Source: an uncultured Acetobacteraceae bacterium (GTDB lineage Bacteria; Pseudomonadota; Alphaproteobacteria; Acetobacterales; Acetobacteraceae). From it: a DNA stretch of 64,000 nt. Each line of letters begins with the position of its first letter. The stretch's first letter is position 1. The DNA lies in assembly GCA_964242575.1 (NCBI GenBank), contig CAXTCN010000012.1, positions 3,204 through 67,203 of the forward strand. The letters are read 5' to 3'. The notes beneath the pieces are model-generated. The model ran no database searches, had not been told where the DNA came from, and saw nothing but the letters and a program-made list of their open reading frames with translations. The position numbers and the translations under genes were made by a program. Of the stretch, positions 1 through 9,345 are shown piece after piece.

Positions 1-176
1 CGCGACGCCATGGATGTGAACATGGTAGTCAAGCCTGTAGTATACTTTCCAATTAGTGTGACAAGGGCGGCCGATACCAACGCCGCGATCATTCCATACT
101 CCAAAGCCGTCACTGCGCGACGGTCCTGCCGTAGGGTCTGTAGGAACGCAATCTGGGTCTTGCAAAACTCGAACAT
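1..176 (-). CDS. Flp/Fap family type IVb pilin, 3' end runs off the window
   Basis: Absent from ORF track because there is no stop in the window. Minus-strand ATG at 176-174 is preceded by GGAAG. Translation MFEFCKTQIAFLQTLRQDRRAVTALEYGMIAALVSAALVTLIGKY... shows the Flp-type xxEYGxIAAL hydrophobic core. Confidence 0.6.
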   Translation of the reverse strand, partial: MFEFCKTQIAFLQTLRQDRRAVTALEYGMIAALVSAALVTLIGKYTTGLTTMFTSMAS

Positions 177-339
177 TTTTAGCTTCCTAGTACTCGTGAT
201 TGTTCACGAAGGCTGACGCATTAACTATAGGCATCCTGCCTTTCGCTCACGAAGGACTTCGCTTCCGCGGCTCCGTTTCACCATTAAGACAGCCAAAGCT
301 TAACATCCGGTAAACGCCCCCTTGGCTTGCAGAAAATTG

Positions 340-1029
340 TTATTTCATCGGCACGTAAACCACCGGCAGCCGCCGCATGGCGGTGAAGCGGGGCGCGGGG
401 CCGGCGGTGGGAACCAAGCCCGCCGGGCCGTAAACGCGGACCAGGGGCGACGCCGGGCGGGCCGCGAGGCCGGACCATGTTGCCAGCACGCGGGCGGCAT
501 ACGGCTCGGCGAACCCGGCGGTCAGGGAGTGGTACTGCCCGGCCGCCACCTCCCATGACCCGGCCGATGCGCGCAGGCCGGCGAGGAAGCGGGCGGCGTA
601 GCCAGCGTTGAGCGCCGGGTCGAACGCGTTGTCCAGGGTGGCGAACGCGCCGGGGTGGTGCAGCAGGTTGACCTGGAAGCAGCCCACGTCGATGGAGCGC
701 GCCCCGGCGGCCTGGGCCTGCCGCACATGGCCGATGGCGGCGGCGCGGTCCGCGAAGTGGCGGCCTGCGCCGGCCACGTTCACGGCATACGGCCAGGGCG
801 TGACCCGGCCAGTGCCGGGGTCGGCCCGGCCGCTCTCAACCTTGCCGATGGCGAGCAGCAGGCCGGGCGGGATGCCGGCGGCCTGTTCCGCGGCGGCGGC
901 GGCGTCGCCGCACGCCGTCCAGGGCGCGGGCGACGCTTGCGCCCATGCGCCGCCCGCGCTGCCCAACAGGGCGGCGGCGAACAGGGCCGGCAGGGCGCGG
1001 CGCGGGGTGCCGTGGAAGGGCGCGGACAT
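340..1029 (-). CDS. Secreted lytic transglycosylase (SLT domain)
   Basis: N-terminal signal peptide (ALPALFAAALLGSAGGAWA) and the SLT-like catalytic stretch LLLAIGKVESG followed by GCFQVN. Confidence 0.8.
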   Translation of the reverse strand: MSAPFHGTPRRALPALFAAALLGSAGGAWAQASPAPWTACGDAAAAAEQAAGIPPGLLLAIGKVESGRADPGTGRVTPWPYAVNVAGAGRHFADRAAAIGHVRQAQAAGARSIDVGCFQVNLLHHPGAFATLDNAFDPALNAGYAARFLAGLRASAGSWEVAAGQYHSLTAGFAEPYAARVLATWSGLAARPASPLVRVYGPAGLVPTAGPAPRFTAMRRLPVVYVPMK

Positions 1030-1256
1030 TACGTCAGGGTAACACGGCGTTGGTCAGGTGAAGTTAACCGCCATGGTGGCCGGCACTCCACGCCGCCGGG
1101 TCGGCGCGCCTGGATGGGCTTGCGGGGGCTGGCGCAAATTACATTAGTATCAATAGGATATGCATGGCCGGCTCAGTCGGCACGCGGGCCGGGCCGGGTG
1201 CGCAACGCCCCGGGCCGCCGGTTAGTTTATGTCAGGAAGTGTCGGGGTGCGTCCGG

Positions 1257-1643
1257 TCAGACCTGGCGGACTGGCCCGGGATACTGCGCCACCTGCGGGT
1301 CCAAGGTCAGCAACGTGATGCCCTCGGTCCCGGCCTGGGCCAGCAGGATGCGGTCGAACGGGTCCCGGTGCAGCGGCGGCAACGCGCTGACGGCGAAGGC
1401 GTGCTGGCTGGTGATCTCCAGCTCGGTGTAGCCGTTGTCCAATAGGTTGCGACGCAGTGCCCGTGGGTCCACCTGGAAGTCACTCCGGCCGAGGCCGTGC
1501 TTGATGGAGACCTCCCAGATGCTGGCGACGCTGAACACGCCCCGGGTATACGGGTCCGCCAGCAAAGCCTGTGCCACAACCGGCAGGCGCTCCGGAAACA
1601 GCGCAATCCAGAGCAGGATGTGGGTGTCGAGCAGGAACGTCAC
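1257..1643 (-). CDS. vapC: PIN-domain toxin, VapC family
   Basis: MTFLLDTHILLW start is typical of PIN toxins. 128 aa, with a 4-nt ATGA overlap with the upstream antitoxin gene. Confidence 0.8.
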   Translation of the reverse strand: MTFLLDTHILLWIALFPERLPVVAQALLADPYTRGVFSVASIWEVSIKHGLGRSDFQVDPRALRRNLLDNGYTELEITSQHAFAVSALPPLHRDPFDRILLAQAGTEGITLLTLDPQVAQYPGPVRQV

Positions 1644-1885
1644 CCGTAGAACATATCCTCGATTTCCTGCTGGCCCATGGTGTCGAAGTCGTCTGGAACC
1701 TGGCCCTGCCCCTTCATGAACCCGAATCGCTGGATGGGCCGGGGGTCCGGGGCATTGTACGGCACGACCTTGACCAGGGGCTTGCCGGCCTTGGCGATGA
1801 TGAACGGCTCGCCCTTGGTGGCCTGTTCGATTAGCCGGGACAGGTGGGTCTTGGCCTCGTGGATGTTGACGGTCTTCATATGCAC
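1640..1885 (-). CDS. Phd/YefM-type antitoxin
   Basis: KTVNIHEAKTHLSRLIEQATKGEPFIIAKAGKPLVKVVP matches the prevent-host-death antitoxin N-terminus. Translationally coupled to the PIN gene. Confidence 0.8.
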   Translation of the reverse strand: MHMKTVNIHEAKTHLSRLIEQATKGEPFIIAKAGKPLVKVVPYNAPDPRPIQRFGFMKGQGQVPDDFDTMGQQEIEDMFYG

Positions 1886-1938
1886 CTCCTGGACTAGGCC
1901 TAGTTAGTCCGGCCAGCCCAGGAATGCCAGGCGTTTCG

Positions 1939-2655
1939 TCACGCCAGCGCCAGCACGCCCATCGGGTCCAGCCGGTAGCCGCCGCCCTCGGTGACCAGCA
2001 GGCGGGCGTTGCCGGGGTCCGGCTCGATTTTTTGGCGCAGGCGGTAGATGTGGGTTTCCAGCGTGTGGGTGGTGACAGCGGCGTTGTAGCCCCACACCTC
2101 GTTCAACAGGACCTGCCGCGCCACGGGCCGCGTGCCGGCGCGGTAGAGGAACTTGAGGATCGCGGCCTCCTTTTCCGTGAGGCGGATGCGGCGGTTTTTG
2201 ATCGGCTCTTGCAGCAGCTTGGCGCTGGGGCGGAAGGTGTAGGGGCCGATGGTGAACACCGCGTCCTCGGAGTTCTCGAAGATGCGCAGTTGGGCGCGCA
2301 GCCGGGCCAATAGCTCGGCCAGGCGGAACGGCTTGGCGATGTAGTCGTTGGCGCCGGCGTCCAGGCCGCGCACCACGTCGGCCTCCTCGTCGGAGCCGGT
2401 CAGCATGATAATGGGGACGCGCAGCCCGCCGCGACGCAGGTTGGCGCACAGGTCCCGCCCGTCGCCATCCGGTAGGGTCACGTCGAGGATGATGGCGTCG
2501 AAGCGGGCGTTCTGCGCCGCAATCAGCTTTTCCGCCTCGCTGACGGTGCCGGCCTGGGCAGCCGTGAACTCGTGGTCGAGCTGAAGCTGCTCCACCAGGG
2601 TTTCCCGTATGGTCGCATCGTCATCGACGATTAAGATCGGACGCTCGGCATTCAT
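1939..2655 (-). CDS. OmpR-family response regulator (receiver + winged helix)
   Basis: From internal ATG 2655: MNAERPILIVDDDATIRE... receiver domain. C-terminal ...LTEKEAAILKFLYRAG...VWGYN...THTLETHIYRLRQKIE is a winged-helix output domain. Confidence 0.85.
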   Translation of the reverse strand: MNAERPILIVDDDATIRETLVEQLQLDHEFTAAQAGTVSEAEKLIAAQNARFDAIILDVTLPDGDGRDLCANLRRGGLRVPIIMLTGSDEEADVVRGLDAGANDYIAKPFRLAELLARLRAQLRIFENSEDAVFTIGPYTFRPSAKLLQEPIKNRRIRLTEKEAAILKFLYRAGTRPVARQVLLNEVWGYNAAVTTHTLETHIYRLRQKIEPDPGNARLLVTEGGGYRLDPMGVLALA

Positions 2656-2890
2656 ATAGCCAAATCCCTTCGTTGCCCGCCGGCCCGACCTGACCGGGGC
2701 GCTTGGGTGGATATCGCTTGCCTGGTCCAACGCACCAAACCGTGAGTAATCCTATCCGTGTTTTCGCTGCGATGCACACAAATTCGTGAATAATGTGTGA
2801 GTGGCCGATGTCCGGGGCCGGGCGGCTCAACCCGGCCCTGTGCGGAGCGGGGCTAGTCTGGCCTGGCGCGCGACGCACATACTACAGGGC

Positions 2891-4045
2891 ATGACCCCGA
2901 CCAGCATCCCCCACCCGCTGCCCGACCCCTTGCCGGACCCGTTTGTGCTGCGCCTGCGCGGCGTGCATCGCGCGGTGGCGGAGCTGCGGCGGGGGACGCC
3001 GGTGCTGCTGCAAGGGGCCGCGGATGACGGCCCGGGCGCGGACCTGGTGGTGCTGGCGGCGGAGACCGCGGGCGCCGGGGGAATGCGCGAGCTGATGGCG
3101 ATGGCCACCGGCCCGGCGCTGCTGCTGCTGGCGCCGGTGCGCGCGGCGGCCCTGCTGCGCCGCCCGGTCGAGGCGCCGGGTGCCACGGCGGTGGCGTTCC
3201 GCGCGGCGGGCGTGCTGGACGCGGCGGTGCTGCGCGGGCTGGCGGACCCGACCGCGCCGCAAATGGCGGAGGTGCCGGTGCCCGCGCCCACGCCGAGGCT
3301 GGCGGCGGCGGCGCTTGGCCTGGCGAAGCTGGCGCGGCTGCTGCCGGCGGTGCTGGCGGCGCCTGCGGACGGCGCGCGGGCCGGGGCGCTCGGGCTGTTG
3401 CGGGTCCCGGCGGCGGACGTGCTGGCGCATCCCGACGCGGAGGCCGGCGCGCTGGCGCGGGTGGCGGAAGCGTCGGTGCCGTTGGAGGACGCGCCGGACG
3501 CGCGCATCGTCGCGTTCCGCGCGCCGGACGCGGGGGTGGAGCACCTGGCGATTGTGGTGGGGCAGCCGGGCCATTCACAGGATGGGCTGCTGGCGCCGTT
3601 GGTGCGGCTGCACTCCGAGTGCTTCACCGGCGACCTGCTGGGCAGCCTGCGCTGCGATTGCGGGCCGCAACTGCGCGCCGCGCTGCGCCGCATTGGGCAC
3701 GAGGGCGCGGGCGTCGTGCTTTATATGGCGCAGGAGGGCCGCGGCATCGGCATCGCCGGCAAGCTGCGCGCCTACGCGTTGCAGGACCGCGGGCTGGACA
3801 CGCTGGACGCCAACCGGGCGCTGGGCTGGCACGCGGACGAGCGCAACTACCTGCTGGCCGCGACCATGCTGCGCGAGCTTGGCATCGGGCGGCTGCGGCT
3901 GCTGACCAACAACCCGGACAAGCTGGCGGCGCTGCGGGCGTGCGGGGTGGAGGTGGTGGCGCGCGAGCCGCTGGTGATTGCGCCGAACGGCACCAACGAC
4001 GGCTACCTGTCCACCAAGGCGCGGCGGTTCGGGCATCTTTTGTAG
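2891..4045 (+). CDS. ribA: GTP cyclohydrolase II with degenerate N-terminal DHBP-synthase-like domain
   Basis: LVRLHSECFTGDLLGSLRCDCGPQL...EGRGIGIAGKLRAYALQDRGLDTLDAN...LLTNNPDK are the RibA zinc/GTP motifs. ATG at 2891 is preferred over the GTG at 2801. Confidence 0.85.
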   Translation: MTPTSIPHPLPDPLPDPFVLRLRGVHRAVAELRRGTPVLLQGAADDGPGADLVVLAAETAGAGGMRELMAMATGPALLLLAPVRAAALLRRPVEAPGATAVAFRAAGVLDAAVLRGLADPTAPQMAEVPVPAPTPRLAAAALGLAKLARLLPAVLAAPADGARAGALGLLRVPAADVLAHPDAEAGALARVAEASVPLEDAPDARIVAFRAPDAGVEHLAIVVGQPGHSQDGLLAPLVRLHSECFTGDLLGSLRCDCGPQLRAALRRIGHEGAGVVLYMAQEGRGIGIAGKLRAYALQDRGLDTLDANRALGWHADERNYLLAATMLRELGIGRLRLLTNNPDKLAALRACGVEVVAREPLVIAPNGTNDGYLSTKARRFGHLL

Positions 4046-4075
4046 CGGTGGCACAGGACTTGCTACACCGGATGC

Positions 4076-4615
4076 ATGATCCTTCCAACGCCTGGCGCCG
4101 ATCCCGCTTCCCGCCTGCACGGCTGGGCCGACCCCGATGGCGCCGGGCCGATTGGGCCGGACCAGGCGTGGCCGCAGAAGGTGGACGTGCCGTTCGACCA
4201 GGTGATGAACGGGCTGAACCCGCTGCATTACGTGCCGGTGGTCGGCATGGTGTACCGGGCCGCGACGGGCGAGCAAATCCCGGCGACGATGCGGGTCATG
4301 GGCGCGGCCATCACCGGCGGGCCGCTGGGGGCGCTGGGCGCTGGGCTGATGGGGCTGCTGGAGGCGATTTTCACCATGGAGCCGGACCAGACGCGGCCCG
4401 CTGTTCCGGCTGGCATGTCGGCCACCGGGTCGGAGGCGGCGATGGAGCCGGTCTCGCCGGGGGAGCTGGCGGAGGGGGCCTACACCACGCTCGCGACCGT
4501 GACGCCGGAGTGGCTGGGCGGCGCCACGCAGTTCGCGTCACGCGGGGCGGCGGCGTACAGCATGGGGGTGACGGAGTGGCAGCGGACGCAGGCGCTGGAG
4601 AAGGGGTTGGCGTAG
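4076..4615 (+). CDS. Hypothetical protein
   Basis: 179-aa ORF with good GC3 bias. No recognisable motif. Confidence 0.5.
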   Translation: MILPTPGADPASRLHGWADPDGAGPIGPDQAWPQKVDVPFDQVMNGLNPLHYVPVVGMVYRAATGEQIPATMRVMGAAITGGPLGALGAGLMGLLEAIFTMEPDQTRPAVPAGMSATGSEAAMEPVSPGELAEGAYTTLATVTPEWLGGATQFASRGAAAYSMGVTEWQRTQALEKGLA

Positions 4616-4712
4616 GCAACTTCTGCCGGGCAGGTTCTTCCGGGTTGGGCCAATCCGGGGCATAACCCCCCGCCTGCCATGCCCGCAACGGGCTGCTTTG
4701 CAACGAGGCCCC

Positions 4713-5198
4713 ATGCTCGCCCAGCTTGAACACGGCATCCTGACGCTTGGCCCCAACCGCTACCGCGCGACGCTGGGCGCGGGCGGGGTGCGGGCGGACA
4801 AGCGGGAGGGGGACGGCGCCACGCCGCGCGGGCTGTTGCCGTTGCGGCGGGTGCTGTACCGCGCGGACCGGGTGGCGCGGCCTCGGGCCACGGCGCCAGT
4901 GCATCCGCTCGGGCCGCAGGACGGCTGGTGCGACGACCCGGCCGATGCGCGCTACAATCAGCCCGTGACGACGCCCTACCCCGCCCGGCACGAGGCGCTG
5001 TGGCGGGCGGACGGGCTGTACGACATCATCGGCGTGCTTGGCTGGAACGACGCGCCGGTGGAGCGGGGCCGGGGCAGCGCCATCTTCCTGCACGTGAGCC
5101 GGGCCGATGGCGGGCCGACCGCGGGCTGCGTGGGCCTGGCGCTGCCGGACTTGCAGGCCGTGCTGGCTGCGGGGCTTACGGAGTTGCAGGTCGCATGA
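4713..5198 (+). CDS. L,D-transpeptidase family protein (YkuD-like)
   Basis: C-terminal GSAIFLHVSRADGGPTAGCVGL carries the His...Gly-Cys catalytic signature of YkuD domains. Confidence 0.7.
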   Translation: MLAQLEHGILTLGPNRYRATLGAGGVRADKREGDGATPRGLLPLRRVLYRADRVARPRATAPVHPLGPQDGWCDDPADARYNQPVTTPYPARHEALWRADGLYDIIGVLGWNDAPVERGRGSAIFLHVSRADGGPTAGCVGLALPDLQAVLAAGLTELQVA

Positions 5199-6160
5199 AG
5201 TTTTGGCAGCGGGCCGGGCTGCGCGCCGGGCTGGCGTTCGGGGCGGCGGCGGGGAAGCCGATCCAGGCGCACGGGCTGGCGATGGACCCGGTGATGTCGG
5301 CGCTGGTGCGGTTCGCGCGCCGCGGGACGCCGCAGTTCGACGGGGTGGCGGCGATGCGCGCGGGCTACGCGGGCGGCCTGGCGGTCACCGGGCTGTGGCC
5401 GACGCCGGGCGTCAGGATGCGTTCCATGGAGGTGGCCGGGCAGCCCGGGCGGCAGTACGACCCGCCGGGCACGGCGCGCGGCAGCCTGCTGTACTTCCAC
5501 GGCGGCGGCTTCATGATGGGCAGCCCGGCCACGCATGACGGCCTGTGCCGGCGGCTGTGCGCGGCGGTGGGCGTGCGGGTGGTCAGCGCGTCGTACCGCC
5601 TGGCGCCCGAGCACCCGTTCCCGGCGGCGCACGAGGACGCGGCGGCGGCGCTGGCGTGGGCGCGGGACGAGCTGCCGGGTCCGTTGCTGGTGGGCGGCGA
5701 CAGCGCGGGGGCGAACCTCGCGGCGGGGCTGGCGGCCGGGCCGGGGCACGGGCTGGCGGCGCAGTTGCTGCTGTATCCCGTGGTGGACATGGTGCGGACG
5801 CCGGGGCGTTACCCCAGCCTGGAGCAGTTCGGCGAGGGCTTCCTGTTGACGACGGAGGCGCTGGAGCAGTGCCAGCAAATGCTGCTGCCGAACGGCGCGG
5901 ACATGGCGGACCCGCGGCTGTCGCCCCTCCGCCGGGACCTGTCGGGGGCGGCGCCGGCGGTGGTGGCGGTGGCGGGGTTCGACCCGTTGGCGGACCAGGG
6001 CCGCGCCTATGCGGCGGCGTTGCGGGCGGCGGGCGTTGATGCGGCGCTGCTGGACGAGGCTGGCCTGGTGCACGGCTACGCGGACTTCGCCGGGGTGGTG
6101 CCGGCGGCGCGCCGGGCGGTGGACCGGCTGGCGGCGGCGTTGGCGGAGCGGCTGCCGTGA
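5195..6160 (+). CDS. Alpha/beta hydrolase, hormone-sensitive-lipase family esterase
   Basis: Intact HGGGF oxyanion motif (LLYFHGGGFMMG) and GDSAG nucleophile elbow (VGGDSAGANLA). ATG 5195 overlaps the previous stop (ATGA). Confidence 0.85.
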   Translation: MKFWQRAGLRAGLAFGAAAGKPIQAHGLAMDPVMSALVRFARRGTPQFDGVAAMRAGYAGGLAVTGLWPTPGVRMRSMEVAGQPGRQYDPPGTARGSLLYFHGGGFMMGSPATHDGLCRRLCAAVGVRVVSASYRLAPEHPFPAAHEDAAAALAWARDELPGPLLVGGDSAGANLAAGLAAGPGHGLAAQLLLYPVVDMVRTPGRYPSLEQFGEGFLLTTEALEQCQQMLLPNGADMADPRLSPLRRDLSGAAPAVVAVAGFDPLADQGRAYAAALRAAGVDAALLDEAGLVHGYADFAGVVPAARRAVDRLAAALAERLP

Positions 6161-6229
6161 CACCACAGTATATAAGGACGGTGTGGGCGTGGTTGCGCCA
6201 GGGCCGGGAACAGGGTGCGGAGAGCTTGC

Positions 6230-6646
6230 ATGCGTAGAGACCCGGTGTTGTTCGCCTGGGTGGCCGGCCTCGGCCTGGCCGCGCTGGTGTATGTCGTGGG
6301 CCCGGACCGGTTCCTGTTCCGGCTGCTGGACACGCTGCACGTGCTGGGCTGGCAGATTGGCGAGTTCATCGCCGACCTGTCGAACCTAGCGTTGGACCTG
6401 GTGCGGGCGCTGGCGATCGGGCTGTATGCCACGTTCCTGGCGCTCGGCATCGCGGTGGCCCGGCGCGGCGGGCGCTCGCGCGGCGCGCTGCTGATCGTGA
6501 GCGTGCTGTTTTTCCTGCTGGCGAACGGGGCGCTGGAGGGCAGCGTGCCGAACGCGCGCTGGATGGCGGCGCTGGTGCTGACGGGCGCTGGAGCCGCGGT
6601 CATGACGGCCCGGCTGCGCCAGCCGGGCACCGTCACGTTACATTAA
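6230..6646 (+). CDS. Small integral membrane protein
   Basis: Four hydrophobic segments (VLFAWVAGLGLAALVYVV, LVRALAIGLYATFLALGIAV, ALLIVSVLFFLLA, MAALVLTGAGAAVM). Confidence 0.55.
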   Translation: MRRDPVLFAWVAGLGLAALVYVVGPDRFLFRLLDTLHVLGWQIGEFIADLSNLALDLVRALAIGLYATFLALGIAVARRGGRSRGALLIVSVLFFLLANGALEGSVPNARWMAALVLTGAGAAVMTARLRQPGTVTLH

Positions 6647-6660
6647 GGCGCGCCGCCGGG

Positions 6661-7038
6661 TCACAGCGTTGCGAGGGCCTCGGCCATGGTCGGCCACTCG
6701 CCGCAATCCGTGCCGGTGCGGCTGCACCAGACGGTGATGGCTTGGCCGTTGCGGGCCAGGCCCCAGCGGGACCATGGGTCGTTTTGGCAGTAAACCAGGG
6801 CGTAGGACGCGCAGTGCGGGCCGGTGTCCGGCAGGCCGGGTTCGATCACGACGCGGCCATAGCGGGCGGCGCCGGCGTGGTTGATCCAGTTATGCAGGGC
6901 GGCGCGGTCCTGCAAGGTGAACCCGCACGGCGGAGCCATGCCCTCGGGCAGGCGGCCGGCCAGGCGGCGCTGGAGCGGGAATTGCAGGATGGTGGCAGTC
7001 GGCGAGACGGCAGGCGATAAGTGTGCAGCGGTGATCAT
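6661..7038 (-). CDS. Hypothetical protein
   Basis: 125-aa ORF with GC3 bias, convergent with the previous gene. Confidence 0.45.
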   Translation of the reverse strand: MITAAHLSPAVSPTATILQFPLQRRLAGRLPEGMAPPCGFTLQDRAALHNWINHAGAARYGRVVIEPGLPDTGPHCASYALVYCQNDPWSRWGLARNGQAITVWCSRTGTDCGEWPTMAEALATL

Positions 7039-7294
7039 CGGATCCCCCTAACGCCCGGAAATTCGGGTCGTCAGCAATATCCAGGGCGTGAAGCGCTGCC
7101 GCTGTGACCTACGTCACACTGGGTTGCGTGGGGCAGGACTAGCAGCAAACGCGTTCACTTAGGCACCCCTTAATCTCGCATGAACTGTCGCAGGCGGTCT
7201 GGTGTGGCCTAAATGCAACTTCAGATTGTGGCGAAACTTTGTCCGCAAGCCACGCGGACCGGCGTGGGCTAGTGCCGCGTGGGCTTGCCAGGGG

Positions 7295-7423
7295 TTACTT
7301 CTTGCCGGGCTCGGGCCGCGGCGGCGGCGTGTTGCTGGCGGCGGCGGATTTGACAGCGGCGGCGGTCTTGGACGCCTTGGGCTTCTTGGCCTCGCGGTTG
7401 GACTTCTGTTCACCTTTTGCCAT
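7295..7423 (-). CDS. Small Lys/Ala-rich basic protein
   Basis: Internal ATG at 7423 gives MAKGEQKSNREAKKPKASKTAAAVKSAAASNTPPPRPEPGKK. The rest of the 156-aa track ORF upstream looks non-coding. Confidence 0.4.
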   Translation of the reverse strand: MAKGEQKSNREAKKPKASKTAAAVKSAAASNTPPPRPEPGKK

Positions 7424-7814
7424 GGCACGGCTCCTTGTTTGCGACATTTGCAACGCCCATAAAGTCCGCCCGGCCATTGTGGAATGCAAGGGGTTTGCAG
7501 GCCGCGCAAGACCGGCATGGGGCGTTGCCCGTCCCGGCCCAGCAGCGTTAACCGATTCTTCAGGTTTGGCGGGTAGCCTGTCCGGATGAGAGGGCGCGCA
7601 GCATCTGCATCGGCGGCGAGGTGGGTTCCGGATCGGTGTCGGGCGGCTCCTGCAACGGCGGCACGTCGTTCGGCGCGTCGCTAGGCGGCGGGTCCCAGAT
7701 GGGGATGGGCGTTGGCGTGGGGATGGGTTCTGGCATTTGCGCGCGCATGGTGTCCTCCGGTTCAAGGCGGTGCAGCGTTCTGGGTTAACGCAGGCGGGGC
7801 AGGTCGGATGCGTG

Positions 7815-7847
7815 CAAAAGCGAACCGGGCCTTGCGGGGCCCGGTTC
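7815..7847 (-). terminator. Rho-independent terminator downstream of the RTX-like gene
   Basis: Perfect 10-bp stem GAACCGGGCC/GGCCCGGTTC (7822-7831, 7838-7847) with a 6-nt loop. On the minus strand it is followed by CUUUUG. Confidence 0.6.
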
Positions 7848-7900
7848 CTGGCGGCTGTTGGGGTGGAAAGCGTGGGTTAACTGAACGTGCGGCGCACGGC

Positions 7901-9124
7901 TTAGCTGAACGTGGTGCCGCTGATGCTGCTGACGCCCAGGAAGTCGATCCGGGTGCCGTCCGTCAGCGTGACGCTGGTGCTGGCCACGCCTGCGACCACG
8001 GTGCGGGTGCCGGTGCCGCTCGGGCCGAGCGCGCCGGCCACCTCGTTGGCGCTGTAGCCGCCCAGGCTCACGCGGTCCTCGGGGGCGAAGTCCACGATCT
8101 GCACGGCGCCGCTGGCGCGGCCCTGGGCGATGGCGAACACGTCCCGGCTCGCGCCGCCGCTCACGGTGGAGTTCGCGCCGGCGAAGATGGTGTCGCTGCC
8201 CGCGCCGCCGTAGATGCGCGCGGCGCCCGCCACCGAGGCCACGAAGATGTTGTTGGCGGACGAGTTCGCGCCCGACAGCGTTTCGTTGCCCGCGCCGGCG
8301 AACAGCACGGTCTGGTTGGCGCCGTTGGCGAACAACTGGTCGCCGCTGGCGGCGCCGAACAGGGTGGAGCTTGCGCCGGTGCCGCCGACGATGGAGCTGT
8401 TGCCGCCGGTGCCGGCCGCGAACAGGCCGCCGCCGGAGCCTGCGAACACCGTGCTGCTGCCGGTGCCGCCCAGCACGGTGGCGCGGCCCGCGCCGCCCAC
8501 GAACAAGAAGTTGGAGGCGTTCTCGGCCACCAGCACGGTGCCGTTGCCGCCGAAGATGGTGTCGGTGCCGCCGGGCTGGGACGAGCCTGCGACGGTGTCG
8601 GACGTACCGGACAACGTGACCACGTCCGATCCGGTGCCGAGGAAGATGAGGTTCGCGCCGCCGCCGGCCGCGACGGTGTTGTTGCCGGACTGCGCGACGA
8701 TGGTGTCGTTGCCGGACCCGGTGGTGATGCTGAACCCCGCGCCGCCGATGGTCGGGATGCCAATGAGATTGTTGCCGTCGCCGGTGAGGATGATGCCGGA
8801 CCCGCCGCCGGCATTGAACGTGAGGTTGCCGCTGTCGGCCAGCACGCGCTGGCTCAATCCGCCCGCGCCCACGACCGTGCTGGCGCCGCCGGTGTTCACC
8901 ACGACGCTGGTGACGGCCGTTTGCAGGACGGTGGTGGTGTTCGGCGCCGTGGTCTGCACAAGGCCCGCGCCGGTCGGCGGGTTGGTGTTGCCGCCGACCG
9001 TCAGGGTCCCGGCGGTTATGGCCTGGTTGATGGCGGTCTGGATTGCGGTCGAAAGGCCGTTGCGGTCGTTCGACCCGGCGTTCACCGCAATCGTATTTCC
9101 ATTTGAGCCTGTAATGGTCGCCAT
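7901..9124 (-). CDS. Secreted Gly/Asn/Thr-rich repeat protein with RTX-like calcium-binding motifs
   Basis: No Cys and no signal peptide. Nonapeptide-like strings GGAGSDTIFAG, GTGSDVVTL, GSGNDTIVA, GDGNNLIG. Composition is typical of type I secretion substrates. Confidence 0.6.
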   Translation of the reverse strand: MATITGSNGNTIAVNAGSNDRNGLSTAIQTAINQAITAGTLTVGGNTNPPTGAGLVQTTAPNTTTVLQTAVTSVVVNTGGASTVVGAGGLSQRVLADSGNLTFNAGGGSGIILTGDGNNLIGIPTIGGAGFSITTGSGNDTIVAQSGNNTVAAGGGANLIFLGTGSDVVTLSGTSDTVAGSSQPGGTDTIFGGNGTVLVAENASNFLFVGGAGRATVLGGTGSSTVFAGSGGGLFAAGTGGNSSIVGGTGASSTLFGAASGDQLFANGANQTVLFAGAGNETLSGANSSANNIFVASVAGAARIYGGAGSDTIFAGANSTVSGGASRDVFAIAQGRASGAVQIVDFAPEDRVSLGGYSANEVAGALGPSGTGTRTVVAGVASTSVTLTDGTRIDFLGVSSISGTTFS

Positions 9125-9345
9125 CGGTGATAACCCCTTCTTAGTTTGGTTATCAAACCGATTAGCTCATGCCCCAGAGTCCGGCAACCATAAATTAAGG
9201 TCAAACGCAAAGTAGATTGAAACAATTCATGACAACGCAGCGCATGTCATAGCAACGACAGACCTCCTTTAACAGCATGTAACGCGGATTTACTACTAAC
9301 CTCGTAGTCTATAACGGTGTTGTAACGCGATGCCAGGGGTGGCCT

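Noticed and set aside
2731-2890. Possible FMN (RFN) riboswitch upstream of ribA.
   Set aside because: I looked for the conserved RFN core segments and did not find them. Only a local GGGCCGGG/CCCGGCCC hairpin (2815-2838) without a U-tract is present, so there is not enough to call a regulatory element.
7712-9106. 464-aa plus-strand ORF rich in Gly/Ala/Arg.
   Set aside because: It is antisense to the RTX-like repeat gene. The minus-strand product has a sensible composition, an RBS and a terminator.
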